A stretch of DNA of 64,000 bases from Orbicella franksi (GCA_964199315.1 OZ116711.1:23188001-23252000); one strand, 5' to 3'. Shown: positions 34,770 through 49,410, numbered from the stretch's first letter. Numbers and translations: made by a program. The notes: generated from the sequence alone by a model not told the origin.

Positions 34770-37700
34770 ATGGCAGAATTTTAAAAGAACACCACAAACG
34801 TGACCTGGAGCGAAAGTACCAGATTGCTGAAATAGGCCTTAAACATGTCTCTGAAGATCTCAAACAAAGAACTAATATAATAATAATAAAGTGAGAGGTT
34901 TTTTTTTCCAGCAAGCATTTGCGATGACACTCAGTCTCTAAGTAATGTAAGGTTTGCGTTATTGACTCAACACCTGACAAGGCGAATTATCATTGTGGTT
35001 TCCAGTTTACCTCATCTTTCTGTTTCCTCATAGTGTCGACCGCTGGCTCAGCATACTGAGGATCTTTAGAAGGATCTTCGCTAGTGCTGCGGCCCTGGGA
35101 TTTCTATAAAAGAAAATTGTCCTTCTATAACAAAACCCACCCCTAACAACAATGAACATCGAAGATCATCTACCCAAAGACACCAACCACCGAATTCTCA
35201 TTAGAAACATTTAACGAGGTGCACGTAAGGAGAAGTATCAATTAAGTTTGGGACTGTAGAGGATCGACTGTCGTTTCTTAAACAAAACTACTATTTTCAA
35301 TGGAAAGTTACATCGAGCCTTACCTCGGGTGGAAAAAACGCGGAGAAGGCAGCCTTCCAAAGTTCAGTTGGATCCCTGAAAAGTAAAGCGAGGTATACTA
35401 AAAAATCAAAAGTCACTACTTGTTTACTTCAGGTTAAGGTTCCTTAGCTCTCTCCATATTTGGTTCCTAAAACTCCTTTAACTCGCTTTAACCAATCGGA
35501 AAAAAAAGTTTAAAACTGAAAAAAACTGCCCAAAAGTTCAAGCTTTGTACAAGAAGTCATCAGAATTTGATTTTGTAAACCTGTTATTTACAAACACAAA
35601 ACAGATATTTTATCCAAAAAGCTTCGTTTTACTTCGTTTAAACCGTTCACTTGTCAAAGATGATAAACGAGTTGCGTCGACCAATCAGGAATGAGACTGC
35701 AGATGCTAACTGGTGTATTTACCTGCTGTGTATTTTTCCCATATCTTGACTGGCCACTGGGGGTGCCCCTGTTTAACAAAATAAACTTGTGAGTGATGGA
35801 ACATGATAAGGTGTCAGATTCATTTGGGGTTAGTCGAGCCCTCATACATTTAGAAACTCTCTATCCACAAAGAGAGGAATATTGAATTGTAGAACTACTA
35901 ACAAAGAACCTGCCGAAACAGCGATCTTAAAGAAAAAGCTGTTTAGATTTTACACTTATGGCAGTGTTGAGCGCGCTAAGTCAGTTACGGGAGAGAAGTG
36001 CTGGCAGTGAAAACGCTCTCACCAATCTGAGATAACGAGTCCTGGCCAGCTGGAACAATGACGGGTTTGTTGTGATCCACTGATACCACTTTACTACAAA
36101 ACAAGGTATAAACACGTTACACTTGTTAGTACACTTCTTTGCAACGTTAGTTCATATCGGCTAATAATCTCAGAAGGCTACTTTGTTAGCATAGCGCTGA
36201 CTGAAAGTAAATTTCGCTCATTCGTTCAGTAACGAAAGGCGACTTTGCACAAAGAAAGCATCGCTACTAAAGTGACTTGAAGAACTGATGCAGTAGTAAC
36301 TTACCTGAGTGGGGTGCGGAATAGCAGTGACCCAACCAGACCCCGGGTGCGGTTCGTCAGACCTTCAGCTTTGGTGCTAAAGAACTGATAAAGGAAGTGA
36401 ACTTTAAGTTTTCACCAAAACTGATCATAATAACAAATTTGTGCGAAACATTTCACTGACAAAAGGGTCAAGGTTCCCTGTGAAATCTAATAATGAATTG
36501 GGTTTCAATTTGTGATATGACTTGGTACTCTTTGTTCGCGTTGAACTAATGCAGGCCAGAACTTTGCTACAGGACGATATAACTGGTACCGAGTGAGATT
36601 CAGCTCGAGTATGAGGAAGATAGCAAGTCACAGTGGTGAGAAACTCACTGACAACCTTTTGACGTATTTCTGCTGGTTTCCCCAGATTCCTCAGCCAATC
36701 AAGAGCTAACTGCTTCCCGCGTTTACTTTGAATCGAGAGAAACTGTCAATAAATTGTAATGACAGACACGATAGACAAACAATGTTTGTTCCTTAGTTAC
36801 TTCAAGTGTTAATTACGACTGAGACAATGCATTAGAAGAAATTACAAAGCCTCTGGACTGTGAGCAGTCTCTCTTTTCCTCGAAAATCCGTGGGGAAGAA
36901 CGCAAAACAAGTAAACGTCACAAAGCCCGTTGCATCGACTCATTGGTAGTCTCATCTGGATTGTGTAGAAGTTTTAATTTTGTTAATTGAAAATTGCAAA
37001 TACCCCGCGTTTAACTAAGTCCATCATCAAAAATTCTTGAAGCCATGTCCACAATAGACCGGCAATATATTAAAACTCAGCTTGGCAGTGAGGATTAGAG
37101 GACACAAACAAAGGGAATTGAATGACCATGTTTATTCATTTCTTTTGTTTGTGTCCTCTAGGCCTCACTATCAAGCTGAGTTTGTATTATTATACTGAAA
37201 GTGGCCTATTGAAGGATCATTATTCCAAATTAAAATTCAGCTGCGCGACTAACACTTGTTATAATACGTAAGTAAGCAACTTTATTTTACCAGGGTAGCA
37301 AAAAAGAAAGGGAAAGAAAAAGAAATGGTAATAAAATCAGCAGTATAATACCAACCTGAAGGTGAGCACCATTCTTGTGCGCTACAAATCGTAACGCTCT
37401 GCTTATCATTTTTCGTTTCTCAGGATCAAAATCCTGGAATTGTTAAATTACAAAAACATATCAATAAAAACAGCTGTTCGTGACAACGTTATATTTTTAG
37501 GACTACGTTGGTATTGGTTTTTCTTGCATTATTAATAGTTTCACTCTTGGTGAGAAGCAAGGGATATTTTGAAATAGTGCCATGCAGTCCAAACTGTACA
37601 GAATCACCGGTCCTTAAAGAGGCTCACGGTATTTAAAGTTATAATTTTGGCCGCGTACAATATTACCTTTCAATTGAAGGAAACCTGAAAATAACAGTTT

Positions 37701-40700
37701 TTTTAAGATAGAAAAACACCGAAGAGATAATAAAAAACCACAAAGAACAAGGATGGCTGAGGATGGGGAAGCTTCACACCAATTACAAATGAAGAACTTG
37801 AAAAATTTAGCCTAAACTTTTCAAGATGCACAAACCATGACGTAGCTCCTTTCAGTTAGTATAAGAAACAATCCTGTTTTTGGCAAAGTTGTTGGTTACT
37901 AAAGAAACTTTGTCAGAGGGCAAGTAAAACACTTAGCTATTCTTCAACTTGAAGTTGATACGGATCAATTATCCACCACTGTAGCTCATTGTAGCAAGTT
38001 TGTAAGTCTGACATTTTGAGGATTGCCCTTCATCAGAGCAAAGTCATATTTTTGATTTAGGCTCAGGTTCTTGAGAAATGATGCCACATAAGATGTACAA
38101 AATTTTGTTTGATCATTCTTGCTCCAAGACCAATATCATGTTTAGATCTTTCCAGGAGTTGACTCACTGCTCACCTGATAAATGTCATATTTCCCACCAA
38201 TTATGGCAAGAGGTATGGGAAAGGGATAAATAGAAGATTTGTCCTGCAAAACAAAGAAGATAAAACCAAATATTCTTGTCAGAACGATTCTCAAACAAAT
38301 ACATGTAAAAAAAATATCTGACTATAAAACACAAGAAACAGATTCATACATACAGGATGTTCTTCTCCAAATTTTTTCCAAGCTTGTTTCTTAAGCTGCT
38401 GTACAGAACTGAAAAGACATAATCAAAATTCTTACATACCATAGACAAATCAATTTTGAGCATTTTTTTCTAATTAGTCTTCGATACAAAACGAAAAATG
38501 CATGATGTAGTTCAAAGGAATATTGAATAATTTACCCTTGTTTTGCACTTTCTAGACTCTCCAGTGCTTTATTGACTTTAGACTTCACCTAAATAGACGT
38601 ATTGAGATTAGCTACATGTACATGTAATGTCATTTGTAACTATGTTGCAAAATGGCTGTGGTATTGGCAAGGGTTCCATTTAGATTGATCAATATATAGT
38701 GAGTTTGATTACTAAACACAACCATTTCATAGCTGTCCAATGACTTCTTACCTGAGAGAGAAGTGTTTCCATGGTGTGCCAGAGTTCATTTGGAAGGGAC
38801 AAGTCTAACACAATCACAATAGCCATACTCCTGTACAAGAACCAAAGAGAAGATGCAGCAACAATATTCATGGTCGTTTCAAATGTTCTCTCTGGGGTGG
38901 ATACCAGATTTTCGAGAAGCAGGGTTCGAGATATGGTCCCCTGTGTAGGGGGGCCTCCCCCAGAAAATTTTTAAAATCTAGGTCCTCGGAAAAGGGATTT
39001 CTGGCATTCTGAGCCCAAGTCAGCGCGCTATAATGTCTCTCAGGTTCAACTGAACCCAAGAATCCCCCTAGATCTATCATCAGTAATTCAAGTTCACAAG
39101 CAATCAAGTGTCAACTTGCAAGCATGCACTGACCTAATTGTAGCAGAAGTGAGAGGAATTTCAATCAGTTTGGACAGATATGTTCCACCTCCAAGTTCCC
39201 ATATGTGGCCTATGTCTTTTCCCTGCAAGAGAAAACAGGCAGAAATTGAGAAATTGAAGTTCACCAAGCTAAACTAATCAGTGCTGTTGATATCAAAATA
39301 TTCCCCAGTGATAGAGTTTCTAACAGTAGCTTCTCTTCGCCATTTTAGTCTAAATACATGCAGGCAAAGGAAAAACTAACTTGGTACCAAAATTAAGTTA
39401 ATTTTAAAAGTATCAGTCTGAGGAGGGAACTCTCTCACACTGATCTTGTTCAATAGACAGTGCAAATGTGCTTATTTCCTTGATGTCATTCTGATCTGAA
39501 GTCCTAGCCCACATTCTCCATGATTTACTTGCTCTATACCATTTTATAAATTACATACAACACTGTCAGTAAAAACTTACGATATTATGACCAGTTTTAG
39601 CTCTTCGTCCAAATGTATAATCTAGAGCTGTGGTTGGTTTGGGAGCTTCATCACTACAACAGAAAACAATATGAATTTAAGGTTTTTGCTTTCTCACTAC
39701 AGGGTTTTACAACATCACTAAAACTTGTTTTATAACACAAAGTCTGGATCCTAGAATCATTTAAAGCTGAGGTGTCTAAGAAAGAAAGAGGTATCTAAGA
39801 AAGGTTCTACTTACCGGTCAAGAAATCTCAAAATCATTGAGGTTTTTCCCTAAAAACATATTTGATTTACAATAATTAATAATGAGTAAATAAAGTAAAT
39901 TTTCAATTAAAAATTGCTGAAAGGCCAGAAACAATATTTATAACTCATTAACTGCAGCATAGCATGGATTCATCATAACACATTGGACTGAGCTTGTGAT
40001 CAAGAGAAGGGAAAGGAATTTAAGGTGGCTGGCAACAGCTACCTTAATGACACTTATCAGTTGATGATACACCAATGGCATCAAATGAATGTCTTATCAT
40101 TAGTGAACAGGTTGTGATCATCCTTACTGACAATAATAACTCTAGCTAACATGTATATATGATTATTTCCTCGGATATAACCCTAACCCTAACCCTTGGT
40201 TCAATAATTGTTGTGCTTAACAGAATTTCTACAACATAGCAAGCTACAATAGAACCAGAAAAACCTATAAAACACCCCCTTATCCTAGTTTCAAGTGATT
40301 ATAACTTTAAAATAAGCTCAGTGACCCTCATTTAAGGTGACATCTTAACTTGCAGTGTATAGCTATACTTGTTTAAGTCACCTTCAAGTTCTTGAGGGAA
40401 TTTGAATCAACCAAACCTCGTACTGTGGCTTTGGTCGAAACATATGACCTGCTTTTGATGATCTCAAAAATGCAGAATATAAAAAGGCAACATAATATTT
40501 AAGACACAAGGTCTCCACGTTTAAGACTTACAGAGTTTTTACTACCAAGGATAAAGATGCTGGATTCATCACTACTTGATAAAAGTGAATCTTCTTGTTG
40601 ATCTATAAAAAGTAAATATTAACAAATAAAGAAGCCTAAGCCGTGTATTACACTGTCATAAAACACGACAGGCATTTGAGAACATGAAGGAAATGTAGAA

Positions 40701-42242
40701 TAACGAGCCGGCGTGTTTTATCACAGTGTAATACACAGCTTAGGCTCCTTCCTTTGCTTTATGATATAGAGGTAATGTGGTGAAAAACAATTGAACATGC
40801 TTTTCTACGTTTTATAATCTGATAAAACAAGGGTTTTCGACCAATCAGAGCACATGCAGGGTCCTATCTATATTATGATTACCCATAAAATAACATGCCC
40901 AATACATATGATGATTGAAATGGTAATAAAACATTTTGGAAAGTAAATTCCAAAATATACCTTTGTTGGAGTGGTTTTCTACTTTGTCTCGTTCTTCAAC
41001 TGCCAAATCCCAGATGGTCTTCTCTAACCTGTTAAATAATAAATCATCTTGTCATCTATTCAGATTCTATTTGGTACCAGTGGGACCAAAATCCACCTTA
41101 AATTCCTCCTGGATATACAAACTAATAAATTCCTTCTTTTCATATATCAACACTGGTTATGTAGGTAGGTGAAGTCTGCATACAAGCTAAGTGGCCCATC
41201 GGGCTGGAGCTTATCCAGGTTTCTGTAGCGTGAAGCGACCAATCCAGGAGGGAGTAGAAATATTTCTAGGTGCTGTTCCATCACAGGGTTACCCTCAGCA
41301 TTAAGTTTGTTGGTACACGTACCCATTTGTATGCTTGAGTGAGAGAGGCACTGTGAGAGTTAAGTGTCTTGCCAAAGAATACAACACAATTTATGCCCCT
41401 GACCAGGGTTTGAGCCTGGACAAGCACTAACCATGAGGCCACTATGCCTCCAACACAAGTGACAGATAATTATACCCATCTATAACATAGGTTAGAGATG
41501 GGTATAATAATTATCTGTTACAAATAGGTTTAAAAGGATTAAAATAGCTCATTCTAGTGCTGATACTAGATTGATTAGACAGAATAACAAATGAGATTTT
41601 ATGGACTTTTTTTAAGTAGCCAATCAAAAAGCAAGAAAAGCTATTGACAATGTTCGCATCATTTTGAATAAATTCACTTATCTTTGTTTACGGCAAGTTT
41701 ACAGCGTCTTTTCCCCTCATTTATTCCTGGCATTAGGCCATTTTGGGGTCTTGTTATTGTGAAAAACAAATCGATGTCAGTATTTTATGCGTCTGTCAAT
41801 TTATTGATGATAAATTTCGTCATAACATTATCAAAGTTTACAGCCACTTTGACAATTTTATGATGTAATTTATCATCAATAAGAGGTCAGACGAATAAAA
41901 AACTGACGTCAATTTGTTGAATTGCAGGTGAATATTTTTTCACCAGTAAAACCTTGTTTGTAGTTCTATTTTCTTTTACAAACTGAGAAGTTTGAATTTG
42001 ATAAAATTTTTCCCATCAGCTCAGCTCATAAGCTATTTTTTTTACTATTTTATCGACAAAAGAGGAGCAATATCTAAGTCTCGCGTGCACTGAGCGCACA
42101 ACTCTAACTGTTAATCGTTTCCAAAGCAACTGTAGCTAACTATGAAGACTACATGTTTTATCAAGCTTACATCTGGATGTGAAAAAGCTAGAAGTAACGT
42201 GACAATCGTTAGACATTTTTTTCCTTACCTCTTCTCGCCCAT
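34312..42242 (-). CDS. DYNC2LI1: Cytoplasmic dynein-2 light intermediate chain 1 (D2LIC/XBX-1), 369 aa
   Basis: 17 in-phase exons: 42229-42242, 40961-41028, 40532-40602, 39815-39849, 39581-39653, 39134-39222, 38752-38830, 38536-38588, 38354-38408, 38175-38243, 37356-37433, 36305-36384, 36023-36093, 35723-35768, 35324-35375, 35011-35103, 34312-34395. Motifs: [89 protein letters not shown]. Confidence 0.95.
34716..34768. repeat. (TAA)n microsatellite in the last DYNC2LI1 intron
   Basis: About 17 perfect units. Confidence 0.95.
41161..41451 (-). mobile_element. tRNA-derived SINE, degenerate
   Basis: Minus strand starts ggaggcatagtggcctcatggttagtgc (A-box-like) and continues ttggcaagacacttaactctcacagtgcctctctc to a short repeat tail. 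This resembles the common anthozoan SINE as I recall it. Confidence 0.65.
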
Positions 42243-42423
42243 TTTTATATCACTACGCTCAGCCTAGGAGAAAGTAAGTCACATTACGATGTTTTCAGCT
42301 TGTAATCGCACTAGTGTTGTTTCTTTGTGAGATCGAGCCCGCAGTCAATTTGATTCGTTGCCAGCGGATTTGTATCGTTACCAGTTTCTTCAGAGCAAGT
42401 TTGACGCCTGACGGAAATCAATC
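42243..42423. promoter_or_regulatory. Bidirectional promoter DYNC2LI1/RWDD3
   Basis: Divergent start codons are separated by only 181 nt. Confidence 0.75.
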
Positions 42424-43749
42424 ATGTCTGCTCCAGAAGTGCTCGATGAGATTTTAGCCCTAAAATCAATTTTTTGTAGCCCAGGAGAATTTCACTTCAT
42501 AAACCCGTCCTGTTTAGAGGCACTTGAAGCATCACGCGGACCAATTTCGTTCAAGATTGGCGTTAAATGTACAGCAGACCAATGGTCGAACGATGCCGCG
42601 AAATCTCCCTTTTTGTCTGTGGTGGAAATGACGATGGTCCTTCCACTTGACTATCCACAAACTTTGCCAGAAATATCACTCTCCTGTGCGGACATCTCAA
42701 AGAAAGGATTATCTTCTTTGCGAAACAAACTGAAGGAGTATGTAGAAAATATACACAGTTCGAATAGTGAGCCAATGATTATGAATATGGCGATGTGGCT
42801 GCAAGAGAATGCGTCATTATTTTTCGATAAACCAGAATTAGGCAACACATTTAATTGTAGTTCCTCGGATGATTCTATTCTTTTACTTAAGTTGGACCAC
42901 ATGAGGAATAAAACTCGTTACATCAAAACCTTAACTCGCTGGATTGACGAGCTACACTTGGATGGAAGACTCTTCTTTGCCAATTACTTGATCTTTATTT
43001 TGTTAACTGGAGAAACTAGCAGTATCAGAGAATATTTACGGCGACACAAGACTTGCAATATTGACGTTGACTCGTGTAGGAAACCATGCAAGGAAAAAAT
43101 GATAAATGTTCTGGTGCAAGAGGAGGCTCCAAATGATTTAAGGTAAATCAAAACGAAAATAGACAATTAACACATATGTACCTTAAGTTGTCAACATAGA
43201 TCTTATTTCTCCACCCCATATTTATATTCCACTAAGAATGATAATAATCAGTCCATTTCAAGCAGTCAGGTGATTAGCCTAGGCTCAATTACCAGTTGCT
43301 GTTTTGGAAAGAAGCCACTCAAGAGAGCAGCAGGAATCTAGCCTAGTTAGGTCTAGCAAGGTGATGAGAATTTAACTACAACTAGAATAATATCAAGGGA
43401 CACAAAGGGCCTTCTTTTCAAAATATTTAATTTTTTGAAATTGGTGGTAAACTTATAAGGAAAACATCATGATCCCTGTTTGGAGTTGAGAGAAGAGAAT
43501 CGTTTCTAGCACAATTGATTGAAACTACCTTGTGGGGATTATCTGTGATTTTTTTTTTATCATTTTTACCAATTTTGTAGGATTTGTGGCTTTGAGGAAG
43601 TGGAATGTAAAACCCCTGCAGAACTTAAGGAAAGCTTCACAGAGCTGAATCTTGAGCATTTATTCAAACAGCACATCACACCATTACTCTCATTACTTCA
43701 ACCACAGAGGGATGCTCTCCAGCCAAAACCTTCACAGAAAAATGACTAA
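42424..43749 (+). CDS. RWDD3: RWD-domain protein 3 (RSUME)-like, 295 aa
   Basis: Exons 42424-43142 and 43581-43749 (AG|G phase-2 join, TAA at 43747-43749). RWD YPxxxP motif (DYPQTLP) and a C-terminal block LDHMRNKTRY...DVDSCRKPCKEKMINVL typical of RWDD3. Confidence 0.88.
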
Positions 43750-44729
43750 GACTATGGGAACGTGCGCTACTTGTTTAATCCACAGACCAGACCCCAACAG
43801 CCAAGCAAGTGGTCCCAGTCACAGGAAATTTTGTTTGTGCAATACCTCCTTTGGTGGACACCTGTGGTCAACACAGATCAACAAAACTAATTGAAAATAG
43901 TAGCTACGTTTATTTGCTATTTGTGGTCAGGACTGACCTGGTTGGATATTTCATATTTTTAATTTTACAGAAATATAATAAACTTGATAAGAAAATAAAA
44001 TCTTGAAAAACTACTTGCATTGAAGCTCAAAAGTCAAACATTATTTTTGTAACACAAAAAACAATCTTTTTTTTCAATCTTTCCTTTGTAGCTAGGATAT
44101 CAAATTTAATTGTATCTACGATAAAATTCTTAATCATGATTGTTCTCCATGCTCCTATTTGTCACGTAATCAGTGTGTGACGAGGTGGATGTCCGATTAC
44201 AGGTATCCAATTTTAACTTTTTGTAATTGGATACCTTGTGTCATACAATTCAGGGAGAAATCGTGCTCATAATTTGAAATCAGTCTTGTGTCGCACACTT
44301 GTCTGATTTTGAAATTACTCACCCGATCACTCCCTGAATTGTACACATGGAATGTTATGTGCAAGGTTATCAGATCAAAGACAATCCTAAACAGGAAATC
44401 AGACAGACTGGGGGATGTTGAAATGGGATTACACAGTGGAATAACTGCATAATTAATTTCTTAACATACAATTAACTCTTAAGTTTTGACAGATATAATT
44501 AATTTGACTGTTTCAGATTATTATATCTGCATGTATGATAAATTAACTATCACTTAGCAGGCCATCATCATAACTTTAATGAGGAATAATAGCACTTGAG
44601 CTTGTGCACTGCAATTTGTTTCCCTGTTGGACTTTTAAATAAATAAATAAAATAATATGGTTGTGTCACAAGAATAGATATAGATTGCGAAGTACACATG
44701 AAGCTTTGCCTGAGATCGTAATGTGATAG

Positions 44730-47700
44730 TTATTTCAGGAGATCGTCAGACTCCAGCGAACTTAGTGATGAGCTTGAGATGTTTCCTACTCCATTTCCAG
44801 ACACTCCTGCAAAGAAATAACAGCTTTTGTTGTAGTATCAACGTGATTAAGGTTTCTTTTTAAAATACAGGTATTTTCATAATCCTGACTATTTTAATAC
44901 AGTTTAATTACCTCCAGTGGATCTGGGAAACTCAGAGGAAATCAGTTCTGTGTCACTAGGACTGCTAATATCCAGTGTCGTCAAACTCAGATCAGTGTTA
45001 CTGCTGCTAGATAGCACAAGATTGTCTGAAGCTGCTTTAGACTTCTTTTTCACACCTTTTCTTCGTGTGTTGGAGTCACCATTGGTTATTTTTGTTTCCC
45101 TGGACCCACGTTGCTGGGGCTGTCTCAGAGAAGAGCTTCTACCTGTTCAACCAAATTAAACCAAATGACCCATCATTGACATGTTTTACATTAAACACGG
45201 TGTGGAGATTCTGTGAAGATGGTATCCATTGGAGATGACAGCATAGGCATTGAAAGATACCTGTGCCTTTTAATGTAAGGTTTGCTCAAAGTTAATAGCC
45301 ATACTCAAAACTAACACGAAAATACCAAACAAGACAGCAACATTCTTTTGATGGCTCTCTTACTTGAAACTCCTGAGTGCCTGATGCTGGACTGCAATTC
45401 AGATTCCAATTCAGAATACTGATGACTAACTTTGTTTACAAGCTGCCTGCAAACAGAAATTAACTTCACTTTGATTACAAATTGAATGCCAGTTATTTAA
45501 AAGTACCTCCTCACCCCTAGCTCAGGACACAGCCCTTTTGCTCAGCACCAAGAATCTTGACCCAACTCCAAGTCAGTTGCAGTTTTGAGAGACGTGATGG
45601 ACTATAGTTAACAAGCCTTGGCCTGTGCTAGTGTGGTGTGTTTTTTTGAGAAAGCTGTGTTATTTTCATGACTTGTATTTCTCTACTCAGGAGTATTTTA
45701 TTAATGGTATGGCACATTTTCACTGGGGATAAACCTGCAATGGTCCACCATTCCATCTCAGGGAGGTAGAAACCTTAAGCAGAAACTTACTTTTGGTCAC
45801 CAGGCAAATGAATCTATTTAAATGCTGCATGTTCTTGTCATACATTTCACACCTAAAGATACTTACTTGAGTTGCCGCATCTCGTAGGAGTCTGACTGTC
45901 TCTCATCCACAAGGCTGCTCAAACTTCTTGACTGTGAGCGCTGATTCTCTGAGAGTGATGATAAAGCCTAAGCAGTATGTTATTAAAAACAACCAATTTA
46001 GTGCTCTCAGCCAACTTATCAATATCCTACAAAGATCTCAACAACATAATGAAAGTAAGTCATGCTGCATGCCATTCAAGTTGTGCAGTAAATAAAGTCA
46101 ATGTATATGTTTATTTCAATCATCCTGCACTAACAAAAAACAAGATTACAGATCTTACCCTGTCTAATCGGTCCTGTTTGCGAAGTACATCTCTAGACTC
46201 GGCAAGGGTTGAGTGTAATTCCATTTCTATTTTGCCTGGCAAGGTATGAATAAGAATTAGGTGTAAATATATTCATAATTATAATGATAAGTCTGTTATG
46301 ATATAATAAATATATTAAATATTCACTAGAATAAAGGCATGCAGGGTAAAAATCATTTTTACTTACCCAGCTTTGTTTTCAGCTGCTTGATATCCCTTTG
46401 TAAAGACTCTGTTTCATCTTCGATAATTTTTCTCCTTTAAAAGATTGTACAATTAAACACAAAACAGGTTACAAATTTGTCAAGGAGGATGCCTCTAATT
46501 CATTTAAAATATTACTTTCCAGATTTCTTGTTTATTTCATGTTTAACCCTAACCCTCAAGCAGTTATGAATAAAAGCACAAAATAAAGGCAAATTTAGTG
46601 AACTCTGTATTGCATAAATTAGTATTGGACAACACACAGTATCATTACTGCTTAAACGGTAATATCCTGCTAACGATTGTATCCTAAGCTTAGTATAGAT
46701 AAAACTATTTCTGATCACTGCCTTGCAGTGGAACACATCAGATTAATTTATTTGGTCTCAAATACTTCAAAATCAAAATTTTGGATGTCTACTTTGTTAG
46801 GGATGAAAGATAATTCTAAATTAACATGGACCCTAAATGTGATTGAAACCCTATATGTAAAAAAACTTACGCTTCATTCACAACAGCAGAGTCACTGAGA
46901 GGAGAGTTCTCAGCAGAAGTCAGTTTGAGCTTTGCTTGGCTTTGAACAAATTCCAGTTGGCTGTATACATCGCGTTTAAACTGAAAAGTGATCAAAATGT
47001 ATGATTATGTTAACCAGGGAAAATTCAGAAAGTTATGACCAATAAAAGAGCTCTGTTTTATTAATATTAAGTTAATTCCTTGATTTATCAATATTAATCC
47101 ACACCACTGTTAGATGTCATTGATCAATGCAGCTTGTTAACAACTGCACAGATTACAAGTTTCACAGCAAGATTACAACCCCTTTCAAGACAAACTTGTT
47201 ATCCCCAGCTGTTTGATTGACAGTCTAAACATGCTATTAATCAAACATGTATACACATACTTGTTCCAGTTTTCTTTCTGTTTCCATGTCCACTCCTTTT
47301 TCTCTGAGCCTCTCACTTAGGCTGCTCATTTCATCTGTTATAAAAGCATAAAAAATAATAACACTGTATATTGTACTTTGTCACAAAGATATTTGCAGGA
47401 TTTTGACAACAGCTACTGCTGTGAGCATTAATTTCTGTTCCAGGCCCCTGACGATGACACTAATGATGGTGACGACGACGACGACGACGACGACGATGAT
47501 GATGATGATGATGATGAGTGCAAAATATAAACTGATCAACAATGGATGTAACCACTTGACACTGGTGGGAAATACCAAATCACCAAGTTTCAGAACAATC
47601 TGAATTTACAGTAAATACTTGGAAAGATACCCTGTGCCATCCCAACCTGCTGTACCATTTAAAAAAACCTTTTAAATAACATATATTTGGAAAAAGACAT

Positions 47701-49410
47701 TTTGCAAAACCTTTCATTTTCTTTATCTCGGCGGCTTGTACATCTTTTTCTTTCTCCAGTCTCTTAACTGTGTCAGTTAAATGACTCACTACCTGAGGTA
47801 AGGCAACATAAAAATATTATATTCTTGACTGGAAAAAGGACTCAACTGCTAAATATAAAAGTATTGTGATTGACAGTCAATGAACTTAGAAGCTGCTCTT
47901 AGAGACACTTTAATCTTTAAAAGTCATTTTACACAAGGGCACCATTGACAACCCAAAAGATTGCCTGTGATGTTAGATTTGTAAGCATTCTGGCCAACAT
48001 ATTGTAAACATTAAAAAGTAGTAATTTAATTTGTAAATGTAATATGTGAGAAATAAAGTATGTTGTTGTTGTTGTTGTTGCTGTTCATCTTAGGAAAGCA
48101 GTAAATACACCTAGTCACTTTTTTTCATACAGCCACTTGACTTAAATATGAGCACTAACCTCTGCTTGTTCCTCAACTCTTTCAAACAACGCATTCACTA
48201 GAGCAGGTGACGTCTGACTGGATGGGACACTAGTTGCCATGCCAACCGTTTTTATTGGACTATGTTTACTGCTTTGCAAGTCCCATGCTACTGTACCTGT
48301 ATATGGACTCCTTGATGCCTGGGATCGAAGGTTACTGGCTGAGACAAAGATAATACAAAGAGGCAGCAAACATCTTACTGTGAGACACGGAAAACCATGA
48401 ACACTTTGATTTGATTCTGACAGGTCAATAATTGTGTGCTGACCAATCACCACAGTCAATAGCTGACCATAGAGTGTTGATCGAGTAATAACCAACATAT
48501 TGACCTGTACATTGGTCGATATGTCAATCGAGGCTCCCCATAAGATACATGATCCAAAATTTCTCCATATACCAGAAAAGTACAGCGTTGTTCACTGATC
48601 TGTCCATGATATTGCAGGATCGACTTTTAATACAATTAGTTTTCAGAAGGGTGTTATAAAATAGCACACTTCTTGCCTTCCAGATGAAATCGAATTAAGC
48701 AGTCCTATACAATACATGTAGCTTCTCATGTGGTCAGTTGAAATATGCAATGCCTTGCCCACGTATTGAGTGTTTACATTGCGCTTCACAAGGTTATCCC
48801 GAAAATTGTCTTATACATTGGACCATCGAGGTAAACATAACAAGTTTACATTACAATACGAATTGCAGTTGTTCATTCTATACATCGTCATACCATTCAA
48901 AGAGAAAACGTCCAATCACAATGATACATACTTACCGCCATAACGGTTTCCACTTGACCTGGGGTGGAATGTTTTTGTTTTACTGGTGGAACCCAAGCGA
49001 TCCTAAAGTGTAAAACAAACAAACTGTCAGTAGATCTAAAGGAACATGAACTTTTTGGGGGGATTCTGACAGACACAGCTAAAACTATATTTGTTTCAGT
49101 GTGAAATTTCGGTTAATAAATCCGCCAAAAGTAAGCTTCAGTTAATTTTTGCGTACGTTACTTTTGCATTTTGGCAATCATTTTTTTGTACTTGGCGTGA
49201 TGGAATGTGTGACCATTAGTACTTCCAAGATCGACGGCTACATGTACTAACCCGTACTCTTGCCAAGTTCGTCTCTGTTTCACGAACGATGGAAGAAAAC
49301 TTGTTTTCCCACTCCATTTCTCGAACTACAGAAAAGCACTAAAGTGAAATTGCTCATTTCACTGCAACGGTATCACATCGTTAAGGCTCATTAAACATAC
49401 CGCTGACCAT
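44730..49410 (-). CDS. Uncharacterised coiled-coil protein, about 410 aa (weak resemblance to CCDC159)
   Basis: 13 in-phase exons: 49401-49410, 49252-49325, 48936-49002, 48160-48338, 47711-47792, 47261-47334, 46871-46980, 46367-46434, 46159-46235, 45867-45967, 45364-45446, 44912-45142, 44730-44806. Heptad-like central region (LFERVEEQAEVVSHLTDTVKRLEKEKDVQAAEIKKMKDEMSSLSERL) and Ser-rich tail. The gene structure is well supported; the identity is not. Confidence 0.8.
47471..47517. repeat. Compound (GAC)n(GAT)n microsatellite
   Basis: Visible directly, in an intron of the coiled-coil gene. Confidence 0.95.

Noticed and set aside
34609-34980. Poly-Ile ORFs on both strands
   Set aside because: Products of the (TAA)n microsatellite.
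40178-40195. (TAACCC)3 as an interstitial telomere
   Set aside because: Only three units (two more near 46545), too short to separate from chance or a repeat fragment.
45994-46026. Extra exon DIDKLAESTKL in the coiled-coil gene
   Set aside because: It would need an intron of about 26 nt or run into a stop, while the 45967 acceptor keeps the frame without it.
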